This document shows, one piece after another, positions 1-9,628 of a DNA stretch of 64,000 nucleotides (position 1 is the stretch's first letter; every line of letters starts with the position of its first letter). A model generated the notes under the pieces. That model was not told where the DNA came from, made no database searches, and saw only the letters and a program-made list of their open reading frames with translations. A program made the translations under genes and the position numbers. The stretch is from an uncultured Verrucomicrobiae bacterium (lineage in GTDB: Bacteria; Verrucomicrobiota; Verrucomicrobiia; Limisphaerales; Palsa-1400): contig OY969763.1 of NCBI GenBank assembly GCA_963702845.1, positions 1,664,001-1,728,000 on the forward strand, written 5' to 3'.

Positions 1-999
1 ATATCCCTTCCGAGCGACGCCATTCTCACTCCGTCGGCTCGCGATTACATGCGCGAAATCGAGAACGGCAACGAACCTGCGCGTCCAACTTCTCGCAACG
101 GCAATAGCGAATCGTCGTCCAAGCCTGCGAAACCAGTGACGTCAAAAAGTTCACCGAAGGAGATTGAAGCATTTTTCAATTCGCCGGAAATTCACGCGCT
201 TAAGCTCCAAATTTGCGACGTCGGCCGCCGGCTCTGGCAACGCGCCTACGTCGATGGTAACGGTGGCAACATCGCCATCCGGGTCGGCGAAGATATCGCG
301 CTCTGCACGCCGACCCTCGTCTCCAAAGGTTTCATGAAACCCGAGGACTTGTGCCTGGTTGATCTGGAAGGAAAGCAACTCGCGGGAACCAAGAAGCGGA
401 CGAGCGAGATCCTCATGCATTTAGAGATCATGAAGCGGCAGCCGAAGGCTCTTGCGACTGCGCATTGCCATCCGCCGCACGCCACGGCGTTTGCTGTGGC
501 TGGTGTTGAGCCGCCGACCTGCATGATTCCTGAAATCGAAGTATTCATCGGCAAGGTCCCGCTCGCTCCATATCGCACGCCCGGCACTCCGGAAATGGGC
601 AAGCTCGTCGCCGATCTCGTGGACAAACACAACACGGTTTTGATGGGTAATCACGGGGCTGTTTCCTGGAGCCACGTCAGCGTTGAAGACGCCTATTTCA
701 AAATGGAAATTTTGGAGGCGTATTGTCGCACGGTTTGGGTCGCATCACAACTCGGTCAGCCGCTCAAAACGTTTACCGCGGAACAACTCAAAGATCTTTT
801 GCGCATTAAACAAGGCCTCGGTATTCCCGACCCGCGTATCGGTCTCAAAGAGTGCGAACTTTGCGATAACAATGAATGGCGCCCAGGCGTTAGTTGCGCA
901 GTGCAAAACGCCGAAGCACAAAACGGTGCTGCAGCTGACGCTGAAGCCGAGGCCTTGGTGCAGACAATCACCGACCAGATTTTGCAGCGCGCCAAATAG
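1..999 (+). CDS. Class II aldolase/adducin family protein, probably 5'-truncated by the window edge; C-terminal microcompartment encapsulation-like peptide
   Basis: GNGGNI, SEILMH, HCHPP, MGNHG class II aldolase motifs; frame open from base 1 (ISLPSDAILTPSARDYM); amphipathic tail AEALVQTITDQILQR. Confidence 0.85.
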   Translation: MSLPSDAILTPSARDYMREIENGNEPARPTSRNGNSESSSKPAKPVTSKSSPKEIEAFFNSPEIHALKLQICDVGRRLWQRAYVDGNGGNIAIRVGEDIALCTPTLVSKGFMKPEDLCLVDLEGKQLAGTKKRTSEILMHLEIMKRQPKALATAHCHPPHATAFAVAGVEPPTCMIPEIEVFIGKVPLAPYRTPGTPEMGKLVADLVDKHNTVLMGNHGAVSWSHVSVEDAYFKMEILEAYCRTVWVASQLGQPLKTFTAEQLKDLLRIKQGLGIPDPRIGLKECELCDNNEWRPGVSCAVQNAEAQNGAAADAEAEALVQTITDQILQRAK

Positions 1000-1002
1000 C
1001 GT

Positions 1003-1653
1003 ATGCCCCTGAGACATCTTTTCGAAAACAACCGCCAATGGTCACAGCAGATCACTGCTGAGGATCCCAGGTTTTTTGAAAAGCTCTCTAAACAACAATC
1101 GCCCGGATACTTGTGGATCGGATGCGCCGATAGCCGAGTGCCGGCGAACGAAATCGTCGGCCTGCTTCCTGGCGAGTTATTCGTCCACCGCAACGTGGCA
1201 AACGTTGTTGTCCATTCCGATTTGAATTGTTTGTCAGTCATGCAATACGCCGTTGACGTGTTGAAAGTGAAACACATCATCGTATGTGGTCACTACGGCT
1301 GCGGCGGTGTCCAGGCCGCCCTCCGCGACCAACGTCTCGGCCTTATCGACAATTGGCTTCGCCACGTTCAAGACGTCATTCTCAAATATCCAACGTTTAT
1401 CAGTTCCTGCGGAACCGAAACTGACGCTGTAAATCGCGCGTGCGAACTCAACGTCATTAGCCAAGTCCTTAACGTCGCACAAACAACCATCGTTCAAGCT
1501 GCCTGGGACCGCGGCCAAAACGTGACGATTCACGGATGGGTCTACGGCCTCAAAGATGGGCTGCTCAAAGATTTGAAAGCAACGGTCAATGATCCGAACA
1601 AACTCAAAGAGGCACAGGGTTGCGCGTTGGAAGGCCTGATCGAACCAAAGTAA
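1003..1653 (+). CDS. can: Beta-class carbonic anhydrase
   Basis: WIGCADSRVP, HRNVAN, HYGCGG zinc motifs. Confidence 0.95.
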   Translation: MPLRHLFENNRQWSQQITAEDPRFFEKLSKQQSPGYLWIGCADSRVPANEIVGLLPGELFVHRNVANVVVHSDLNCLSVMQYAVDVLKVKHIIVCGHYGCGGVQAALRDQRLGLIDNWLRHVQDVILKYPTFISSCGTETDAVNRACELNVISQVLNVAQTTIVQAAWDRGQNVTIHGWVYGLKDGLLKDLKATVNDPNKLKEAQGCALEGLIEPK

Positions 1654-1657
1654 GTAA

Positions 1658-2929
1658 ATGAAGTCGCTCGATAAAAAATTAGCGGAAGTAAAAGCGAACC
1701 GAGCCTCGCGGGCTTTCGTGATTGCTGATGCCAAAGACGCGGACATGGCGTTTGGTGTGCGTGCCCCCGGCCCGCGCAGTTACTTGTCAAAACACGGGGT
1801 GCGACATGCCGCTTTCTCGCCCGAAATCTGGAGTCGCGAAGAATACGGCTACCGCAACTTGCCTGAATTCCTGGACATCATCCGCGAAGTCACCCACCAG
1901 GGGCTAATCGACATCATGCTTATGTCGGCTTACGTGAATGAACAACTAACGATCAAAGAAGGTCTGTTCAAAAACTCCCACGTTACTCCTGCTGCGCGAG
2001 CTAATGATACGACAGACGTCTGGGCAGTTCGTCACGGCTGTTACACACGCGAGCCAGTCCAAACCTTTCGCTCGGCGTCCATCGACCACATTCAATGCGG
2101 AAAACTCGAATGTGAACTGGAGGGCGATGAAGTCCCTGGTGCAAACCTCGGATTATATTCCGTCACGTTCATTAACGATCTCGATCAAGACCGTGCTACG
2201 GTCCAGGCTTTTAAAGAATTTCGCGAAGAAGCGGAACGTAAAAAGTTCCGTTACTTCCTCGAGGTGTTCGATCCGAATGTCGACAGCGGAATTCCGGCAG
2301 AAAAATTGGGTGAGTTTATTAACGACAATATTATCCGCACGCTCGCCGGCGTTCCTGAATCCGGCAGACCTGTGTTTTTGAAGATTGTTTATCACGGTCC
2401 GCGCGCGATGGAAGAGTTGGCGCAATACGATCCCAACCTCGTCGTTGGCATTCTTGGAGGCAGCGCGGGCACAACCTACGACGCTTTCAAGCTAATCCAC
2501 GACGCGCAAAAGTACGGCGCTCGCGTCGCGCTTTTTGGTCGTAAAATTAATAACGCCGAGCACCAACTCGCATTCATCGAAATGCTGCGATTAATTACGG
2601 ACGGCAAAATCTCTCCTGAAGAAGCCGTGCATGCGTACCACGGTGTTCTTCAAGGCAAAGGCATCAAGCCTCGCTTGCCCTTGGAGAAGGACCTGGTGTT
2701 AACTGACCAGGCAATGAGCTACGGCGGCGGATCCTCGGGTCGAACAGTCGTTAATGTTCAAAACAATCCGTTGCGCACTGCGACTGCCAGCAACGGCGCA
2801 AGCAAGCCATCAAGCAACGGTCACGTTGACTGGCCGATAGGTTCCAACGGAAGACCGGATTTTGGTCGGATGAATTCAGAGCAACGCCGCGCCTACGACA
2901 ATCATCGACTCACGCGGAAGTTCGGCTGA
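1658..2929 (+). CDS. Hypothetical protein, possibly TIM-barrel/class I aldolase-like
   Basis: 423-aa ORF 4 bp after can; VGILGG and LFGRKI segments resemble class I aldolase phosphate-binding loops. Confidence 0.5.
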   Translation: MKSLDKKLAEVKANRASRAFVIADAKDADMAFGVRAPGPRSYLSKHGVRHAAFSPEIWSREEYGYRNLPEFLDIIREVTHQGLIDIMLMSAYVNEQLTIKEGLFKNSHVTPAARANDTTDVWAVRHGCYTREPVQTFRSASIDHIQCGKLECELEGDEVPGANLGLYSVTFINDLDQDRATVQAFKEFREEAERKKFRYFLEVFDPNVDSGIPAEKLGEFINDNIIRTLAGVPESGRPVFLKIVYHGPRAMEELAQYDPNLVVGILGGSAGTTYDAFKLIHDAQKYGARVALFGRKINNAEHQLAFIEMLRLITDGKISPEEAVHAYHGVLQGKGIKPRLPLEKDLVLTDQAMSYGGGSSGRTVVNVQNNPLRTATASNGASKPSSNGHVDWPIGSNGRPDFGRMNSEQRRAYDNHRLTRKFG

Positions 2930-3965
2930 TCCGATCGGCGATCTGCCGGTGCGCACTGCTAAACGCAAGTTTCTGCAATTCGGTTTTGGAAACCCATTTG
3001 CCAACCAAACCGGTTTTTGGAGTGGCATTGTATACATCCATCTGAATGCGGTAGCGCGTTATCGAATGCCTGATCGTGAACGCTGGCTTTCCGTCTGCTG
3101 AAAACGGCACCACCGGTGCGTTTGCAGCAACGGGGATTTCAACATTAGGGAACTCCCACAAGTGCGCATTAACGACTCCTGCAGGACGTTGCTGCACCAA
3201 CCAGCGCTGATTCTTTTCGACGATAAATGCCGCGAATTTTCGCTGAGTCGCTGCCTGACGCTTTTCAATTGCGGGCAATTCATCAACGCGCTTGGTGCGA
3301 AAGGCGACGCAATTCCGTTGCAATGGACAAATCGTGCACTGAGGCATGCGCGGCGTGCAGGTCAGCGCTCCCAGCTCCATTAGCGACTGATTGAAATGAC
3401 TGACGGCATTGGTGCCGGAAGACTTGGCCGACAATTGCACCAACTCTTCGGCTAGTTTCCACAGCTGAACGCTAACTGTCTTATCCTTGGGATTGCCTTC
3501 GATGCTGAAGACTCGCGCGAGAACTCGAATCACGTTGCCGTCCACAATGGGGGTCGGTTGATTGAACGCGATGCTACAGATTGCGCCTGCGGTGTATCGT
3601 CCGATTCCCGGCAATTCCAGCACGGCTTCGTGCGTTGTTGGGAATTGTCCTTTGTAATCCGTCACAACGACCTGTGCCGCTTTGTGCGCATTGTGAACTC
3701 GCGTGTAGTAACCAAGTCCTTCCCACAATTTGAGAAAACGTTCCGGCCTGGCTGTGGCAAAAGTTTCGATGGTTGGCAGCGTGCGCATCCAACGTTCCCA
3801 ATACGGAATCACCGTTTTCACCTGCGTCTGCTGCAGCATGATTTCGGAAATCCAAATTGCATAAGGATCGCGGGTGCGACGCCAGGGCAGGTCACGAGCG
3901 TTCTTGTCGAACCAGCGGAGCAGGGCGGTGACGATTGGGCGATTGGACTTTGAAGTATTCTTCAC
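2910..3965 (-). CDS. mutY: A/G-specific adenine glycosylase
   Basis: WISEIMLQQTQV, LPGIGRYTAGA HhH, VDGNV, C-x6-C-x2-C-x5-C Fe-S motif. Confidence 0.95.
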   Translation of the reverse strand: MKNTSKSNRPIVTALLRWFDKNARDLPWRRTRDPYAIWISEIMLQQTQVKTVIPYWERWMRTLPTIETFATARPERFLKLWEGLGYYTRVHNAHKAAQVVVTDYKGQFPTTHEAVLELPGIGRYTAGAICSIAFNQPTPIVDGNVIRVLARVFSIEGNPKDKTVSVQLWKLAEELVQLSAKSSGTNAVSHFNQSLMELGALTCTPRMPQCTICPLQRNCVAFRTKRVDELPAIEKRQAATQRKFAAFIVEKNQRWLVQQRPAGVVNAHLWEFPNVEIPVAANAPVVPFSADGKPAFTIRHSITRYRIQMDVYNATPKTGLVGKWVSKTELQKLAFSSAHRQIADRISRTSA

Positions 3966-4016
3966 GAACGTTATTTATTGCTGCAAAAATACGCCCAAAG
4001 CGCAAACCTATAACGA

Positions 4017-5000
4017 GTGAAACCGCTGACGATTTACACGACCAAGTTGACCGATGCGCAAGCGACCGCATTGGAGAATTATGTGCGCGAAGAGGATTTC
4101 ACATTCCGGGAAGTTCCTTACGCGAAATTCGCCGCGGAGAAGAACAAGACCAACGTCGTGTTTTACCAAAGCGGCAAGCTCGTGGTGCAAGGGAAAGGGA
4201 CGCAGGAGTTTGTTGAATTCGTGCTCGAGCCGCAAATCCTTCAAGAAGTAAAACTTGGCTACGAAACGATACTCAATCCGGAGTTGCTCGCTCCGCGAAT
4301 CGGGGTGGACGAAAGTGGCAAGGGCGATTTCTTTGGGCCGATGTGCATCGCTGGCGTTTACGTCAATGAATCCGTAATCGCAGCATGGAAAGAGGTGGGC
4401 ATTCGGGATTCTAAAAATATTTCCAGTGATCGACGGATGGCAGAACTGGCGGATGTCATTCGCAAAACACCCGGATGCGTTTACAGCGTCGTGCCGATTG
4501 GCAACGAAGCTTACAACCGGCTTTACCACACGATGGGCAGCGTCAATCTGGTGCTGGCGTGGGGTCATGCACGTGTCATTGAAAATTTAATGGGAAATGT
4601 TGCCCGAATGAATCCGCCGCCAGTTCGCGCTATCAGTGACCAATTTGCTTATGACAAAGCCACGGTTGGGAAAGCGCTGATGAAACTCGGTCGTGGGATT
4701 GAATTGGTGCAGCGTCATAAAGCTGAAGAAGACATTGCCGTCGCCGCTGCTTCCATTCTGGCGCGCAACGAATTTGTTACCCGCCTCGCCATGCTTTCGA
4801 AGCAATACGAGATGGTCTTGCCGAAAGGTGCATCGGCAGCCGTTGATGCGGCAGCGAAAGAATTCATCGCCAAGCACGGAGTCGATAACCTTGCGAAAGT
4901 CGCCAAAATGCATTTCCGGACGGCGTTGCGCGCCCAAGGTTTGCCTGAACCACCGAAAACGGAGTGGAAACGGCCAGCGAGAAAACCGGTCGACAATTAA
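4017..5000 (+). CDS. rnhC: Ribonuclease HIII
   Basis: N-terminal TBP-like domain (FYQSGKLVVQGK), IGVDESGKGDFFGP, DSK, VAAASILAR. Confidence 0.92.
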   Translation: MKPLTIYTTKLTDAQATALENYVREEDFTFREVPYAKFAAEKNKTNVVFYQSGKLVVQGKGTQEFVEFVLEPQILQEVKLGYETILNPELLAPRIGVDESGKGDFFGPMCIAGVYVNESVIAAWKEVGIRDSKNISSDRRMAELADVIRKTPGCVYSVVPIGNEAYNRLYHTMGSVNLVLAWGHARVIENLMGNVARMNPPPVRAISDQFAYDKATVGKALMKLGRGIELVQRHKAEEDIAVAAASILARNEFVTRLAMLSKQYEMVLPKGASAAVDAAAKEFIAKHGVDNLAKVAKMHFRTALRAQGLPEPPKTEWKRPARKPVDN

Positions 5001-5044
5001 TTGTTCCCCTTTATTTCGCGGGAGTCTGCTGTTAGATATTCAAG

Positions 5045-6427
5045 GTGATCTCTGTCCTGGAATACCTCGAAAAGAACAACAAACGGTTAATCGGCGAATT
5101 GTGCGACTACATTCGCTTTCCCAGCGTCTCGGCTCAGCCGCAACACGCAAAAGATCTAGCGGCTTGTGCCGACTGGGTCGTTGCTCATTGCAAAAAAATC
5201 GGCCTTGAGGCGCGACTGTGCAAAACAGCCGGCAATCCAATCGTGCTCGCCAAGACTCCTCGGAAGGCCGGCTCAAAAAAGCCGCATTACGTCGTGTATG
5301 GTCATTACGACGTTCAGCCACCGGAGCCATTTGAACTTTGGAAAACGCCGCCGTTTGAGCCGCGGATTGAAGGCGACTCGTTGTTCGCGCGCGGTTCCAG
5401 TGACAACAAAGGACAAAATTTTGCCCACCTTAGCGCGGTCGAAGCCTACCTGAAAACCGGCACTGAATTGCCATGTGACATTACTTTTTTGATCGAAGGA
5501 GAAGAAGAAGTTGGGAGTAAAAGTCTGGCAGCGTTCCTCAAAGATAATCGCAAGGAACTTCAGTGCGAAGCGTTCGTGATTTCCGACACTGGAATGCCGA
5601 GCTTGCGTCACCCCGCGCTGACGTATGCGTTGCGTGGAATTATTTCCGCGGAAGTTATTTTGCATGGACCATCGCGCGATCTGCATTCCGGGATCTATGG
5701 TGGAACGGTAGATAATCCGGCAATGGCTTTGAGCCAGATGCTCGCGCAGCTTCGTGATAAAAATGGCAAGATTGCGGTCCCGGGTTTCTACGACGACGTC
5801 GCGCCGCTTTCCGCCTATGAGCGCAAAGAAATGGCGAAGATGCCAATGACGGAGAAGCAGTATCAACAGTTTCTCGGGGTGCCCAAGTTGTTTGGGGAAA
5901 AAGGTTATACGTTTGTCGAACAACGCAGCGCCCGCCCGACAATTGAAATCAACGGTTTAACGAGCGGCTATCAAGGCGAAGGAAGCAAAACGATTGTGCC
6001 GGCCTGGGCTCGTGCAAAACTGACTTTCCGGTTGGTGCCAAATCAGAAGCCGGATAAGATCCGCAAGGCGGTTGTGAAGCGATTAGAAGAGCTTTGCCCG
6101 CCTACTTGCCGCATGGAATTGAAAGTTGGCCACGGTGGCGAGCCCTATATCGTCTCGCCGAAGAGCGAAATCGCTCAAGCGGCGTTGCGAACGTTGAAAG
6201 CTGCTTTCGGTTGTGAGCCGATGTTGATGCGCGAAGGTGGTTCGATTCCGATCGTGACTCAGTTCAAGAACGTGATTGGCGCGGACTCGCTGCTGCTTGG
6301 GCTGGCGTTGCCGGATGACAACGCACATTCACCGAACGAAAAATTTAGCCTCGACGCATTTGCAAAAGGGATGCGGATGGGGGCACTGCTTTGGCCGGAG
6401 TTGGCGAAGCTCAAAGGTGGGAAATAA
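5045..6427 (+). CDS. M20/M25/M40 family dipeptidase
   Basis: YGHYDVQP, ARGSSDNKGQ, EGEEEVGS, DLHSG, HSPNE motifs. Confidence 0.9.
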   Translation: MISVLEYLEKNNKRLIGELCDYIRFPSVSAQPQHAKDLAACADWVVAHCKKIGLEARLCKTAGNPIVLAKTPRKAGSKKPHYVVYGHYDVQPPEPFELWKTPPFEPRIEGDSLFARGSSDNKGQNFAHLSAVEAYLKTGTELPCDITFLIEGEEEVGSKSLAAFLKDNRKELQCEAFVISDTGMPSLRHPALTYALRGIISAEVILHGPSRDLHSGIYGGTVDNPAMALSQMLAQLRDKNGKIAVPGFYDDVAPLSAYERKEMAKMPMTEKQYQQFLGVPKLFGEKGYTFVEQRSARPTIEINGLTSGYQGEGSKTIVPAWARAKLTFRLVPNQKPDKIRKAVVKRLEELCPPTCRMELKVGHGGEPYIVSPKSEIAQAALRTLKAAFGCEPMLMREGGSIPIVTQFKNVIGADSLLLGLALPDDNAHSPNEKFSLDAFAKGMRMGALLWPELAKLKGGK

Positions 6428-6555
6428 GCGGCTGGAGTAGGCATACCCATACCCAGGGGTAAATAGCCGTCAGGGTGTCAATAATGTTTACGGTAAGGCA
6501 CTTACGTCCAAAATAAGCCGTCAGGCTGACGGTAACCAAACGTCAGGCGCTGATT

Positions 6556-7161
6556 TTAGCGGTCCGGAACTGCCTGCAAATCCTGCGCCGTCCAAGGTTG
6601 CGTGCGGGCTTTCTCTTTAGCACGAATCGCTTTGACCTGTTCTTCCGTGACTGCCGGAGCCTTGTTGTCCCAGTTATTGCGAATATAGGTCAGGACTGCG
6701 GCGATTTGATAGTCGTTGAACGAGGCTTTCCAGGAAGCCATGGCAAGATTCCATTCTGTGCCTTTGACGCTCACTGGTCCTTGAAAACCATCGAGGACGA
6801 CCCGAATAATGCGGTCGGGTTTGGGCGCAAGCACCCATTCGGAACCGGCGAGTGGCGGAGCCTTGCCTATTTCACCCATGCCGTGAGGTTGATGGCAAAG
6901 TGAGCAGGTGGAGTCGAAAACTTTTTTGCCATCTCTGGCAAGCATTGCGTTTGCGTCTTTAGGCTGCGCTTCGTCTACAGCGTAGAAGTTATCCCAGCCG
7001 TGGTAGACTTTCGGATTAAACCCGCCTGCGTTGCGATCGAGATAAACCATGCCCCAGTAGAAAAACAGACCCAGCAGCAAAATGAGCCACATCGGAACGC
7101 TGGAATAACCGGCGCTCGGTTCGTTATCGCGGCGAAGATTTTGTTTGTCGTTCGGGCTCAT
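6556..7161 (-). CDS. Membrane-anchored monohaem cytochrome c
   Basis: TM helix, CSLCH, APPLAGS, distal Met; last gene of the respiratory operon. Confidence 0.85.
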   Translation of the reverse strand: MSPNDKQNLRRDNEPSAGYSSVPMWLILLLGLFFYWGMVYLDRNAGGFNPKVYHGWDNFYAVDEAQPKDANAMLARDGKKVFDSTCSLCHQPHGMGEIGKAPPLAGSEWVLAPKPDRIIRVVLDGFQGPVSVKGTEWNLAMASWKASFNDYQIAAVLTYIRNNWDNKAPAVTEEQVKAIRAKEKARTQPWTAQDLQAVPDR

Positions 7162-7841
7162 TTGGCGGGCATGGGGGTGGCCGGGCTATTGGTTGCACGA
7201 CGCATCGTAATCGGCTTGTCCGCTGGTGGCGGCGGGACTTCAAAGATGTAAGAGGTTTGTTTCAGGCCGGCGACATACGTGGCTAATGCTTTGCCGTCGT
7301 CTGTCGGAATGATCTCGTATCCGTCATCGGTAGCAACGGGCAAGGCATCGGGTGACGGAGCGCGGTCGATCTTCTGCTTCTTGAATAAATATGGAAATGG
7401 CGGCATGACCGTTCCAGGCACACGAAGGCGTGGGTCGCGCGGATTGTAGAGATGCAGCAGAATCGTTTGTAGATCCAATCGGGTGCCGGCATTTGCTAAA
7501 TCCGGACCGACCCGCTGCGTTCCAAGCATCACCGGATAGTCGTACATGTAATCTTGCGCAACGCTGTAACGTTGGCGCATTCCCCAGCCACGCATCAAAT
7601 CCGGGCCGAGACCAGCGGGGCGAACCTGTTGGGTGTGACATGCCACGCAGTTGTTGGCGCGATAAACCTCCATGCCGCGCTTTTCAGCGCCTGTCCGATA
7701 GGAAGGATAATTATCGCCGTTAGGAATGGTGAGCGCTGGCTGGATGCCGCCGAGTTGCACTTGCGGGCCGAAAACGAAAGTCGCCCACGAAATGATCATC
7801 GTGCAAAAAACGCCAATGAATACGAATGGACCGAAGTTCAT
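7158..7841 (-). CDS. cbb3-type oxidase subunit II-like monohaem cytochrome c
   Basis: CVACHTQQVRP, GTQRVGPDL, VPGTVMPPF typical of CcoO/FixO. Confidence 0.85.
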   Translation of the reverse strand: MNFGPFVFIGVFCTMIISWATFVFGPQVQLGGIQPALTIPNGDNYPSYRTGAEKRGMEVYRANNCVACHTQQVRPAGLGPDLMRGWGMRQRYSVAQDYMYDYPVMLGTQRVGPDLANAGTRLDLQTILLHLYNPRDPRLRVPGTVMPPFPYLFKKQKIDRAPSPDALPVATDDGYEIIPTDDGKALATYVAGLKQTSYIFEVPPPPADKPITMRRATNSPATPMPAK

Positions 7842-9250
7842 GATTTAGTCATTCTGAGTTCACGTCCCGCCGCGCGAACCACGAGCAGCAAGAGATTCAA
7901 TAAACCTGCAATCTGGCCGACAACCAGCAACAGATCCCCAAGCGTGCTGACGCGAACAGCGGCCAAAGTTGTTTTCAGGACCACGAGAAAAGAATTTTGC
8001 GGATTCGTCAGCAGGTAACCTTCAGCAATGCCGCCAACCAACAATGCGATATAGCTCAGCACCACGCCAATGAACGTCAGCCAGAAATGGGCACTGATCA
8101 TTTTGGCTGATGGAAATTCGATACCCATCACGCGCGGAAGCAGGTGATACATCGCACCGAACATCGTGAGAGCAAAGAAGCCGTAGACCCAAAGATTTTT
8201 CTGCGCGACCGTGAACCAGGTAAAGTCGGTCAGAGAGCTGACGGCCGGGACTGCACCGACAATCAATTGAACGCTGGCGATCGCCCAGAACATGAGACCG
8301 ACATAAGTGAATTTGAGCGGCCAACTGCTGTCCAAGCGTTCGTGACTGCCGCGGACGGTTTGCCACATGTTCAATACGATTGCGATCACCGGAATTGCAG
8401 TAAGCACAATGCCGACGGTGCTCATCGCTGAAATCCAAGCGGGAAGTGGAGCACCGTTGGGAACCGCGCCCCACGAGCCAAATAGCGCGAGAGTCCAGAA
8501 CGCGAAGAGCGCGAGTTGGCGGCTGAATAAGGTCCGGCCAAGCAGTTTTGGAATGAAGTAGAAAATCGCGGCCAATCCAGTGAAGCCGAGCACAATGGTG
8601 TGCAGGTTGTGAACGTACCACCAATTGATTGAGCTTTGTACAACGCCGCGAACGGGGCGTTCGAGCAGGAGCAACAGTGCGGTGGCACAAATCCACGCGA
8701 ACCAGAACAAAGATGTTAAACCAAACCACTGCGAAGGATAGGTCTGTTGCTCGTCGCGATTTGAGTAAGTCAGCACGGCGATAACGCCCATCACGATGTA
8801 AGAAATCCACATCGGCCAGGCAGCATAGGCAGGGAACTCGAAGTTTTGGAATCCAGTGCTGTCGACGGCGAGAACGCCGATGACGCCAATTGTCACGGCG
8901 AAGTTATAGAACGACGCCGCAATCGTCATCATAATCGGGCTCGCCGCGGGCGTGCGGCCCAAGCGGACAAACAACCAAAGCACGAAGGCCATGCCTGCCT
9001 GAAGTGCGAAGCCGTATAACGCGCAATCCGCTTGCAACGCGACCACGCGTCCGTAGGTCAGACTTGGGATAGCCGCCAAAAAATGCGGCATGTGAAATTT
9101 GAGCGATGCGATTAGGCCGAATACAGTCGCTAACAGCAGCCAGCTGAGAGCACTGACGAACAGGGCCAACAACGGCAGCCGGCACGATGATTCCACGCCC
9201 GCGACGACGTCACTGCGCGGGTTGGAAGGATGTGTTGTGGTTGCGTTCAT
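7838..9250 (-). CDS. cbb3-type oxidase subunit I-like membrane protein lacking most metal ligands
   Basis: About 12 TM helices; WWYVHN..IFYFIPK and MYHLLPR match CcoN, but the HH and HxH ligand motifs are absent. Confidence 0.75.
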   Translation of the reverse strand: MNATTTHPSNPRSDVVAGVESSCRLPLLALFVSALSWLLLATVFGLIASLKFHMPHFLAAIPSLTYGRVVALQADCALYGFALQAGMAFVLWLFVRLGRTPAASPIMMTIAASFYNFAVTIGVIGVLAVDSTGFQNFEFPAYAAWPMWISYIVMGVIAVLTYSNRDEQQTYPSQWFGLTSLFWFAWICATALLLLLERPVRGVVQSSINWWYVHNLHTIVLGFTGLAAIFYFIPKLLGRTLFSRQLALFAFWTLALFGSWGAVPNGAPLPAWISAMSTVGIVLTAIPVIAIVLNMWQTVRGSHERLDSSWPLKFTYVGLMFWAIASVQLIVGAVPAVSSLTDFTWFTVAQKNLWVYGFFALTMFGAMYHLLPRVMGIEFPSAKMISAHFWLTFIGVVLSYIALLVGGIAEGYLLTNPQNSFLVVLKTTLAAVRVSTLGDLLLVVGQIAGLLNLLLLVVRAAGRELRMTKS

Positions 9251-9253
9251 CGT

Positions 9254-9628
9254 CTATTCGTATTGGCTCGGCTTCGCAGGCTGTGTCGGCGGAGGTGTAA
9301 AGGCTTTGGCGGCGCGCGCGAGCATCTCCTTGCGGGCTGCGGCCGGGTTCTGCCATTCCTGCGCGGTCAATTCTTTGGCGCGATCGATCGGAATGCGCAC
9401 GATTCCCTGATCTTTGTTGCGCCAGTCGTATTTCTCCAAAGTCGCAGCACCCGTAGCCTGGACCTCGGCCAGAGCCTTCGCGCGTTCGTCCGCGCGCACG
9501 TAACCAATCGGCTGCCCGTGAGTTTTGTGGCGCTCGCGATAGATCAGCCACGGCATTGCCAGGAATGCCGCCGTGATGCAAATCACGAAAACGACTGTGC
9601 GAAAATCTATGGGTCGATTGTCGTTCAT
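9254..9628 (-). CDS. Small single-TM subunit of the ACIII operon (ActG-like)
   Basis: One TM helix, YDW..GIVRIPIDRAKEL motif, coupled to actF. Confidence 0.6.
   Translation of the reverse strand: MNDNRPIDFRTVVFVICITAAFLAMPWLIYRERHKTHGQPIGYVRADERAKALAEVQATGAATLEKYDWRNKDQGIVRIPIDRAKELTAQEWQNPAAARKEMLARAAKAFTPPPTQPAKPSQYE

Noticed and set aside
6430..6555. Short CGTCAGG repeats between convergent genes
   Set aside because: Too short to assign; possibly a MITE or terminator remnant.
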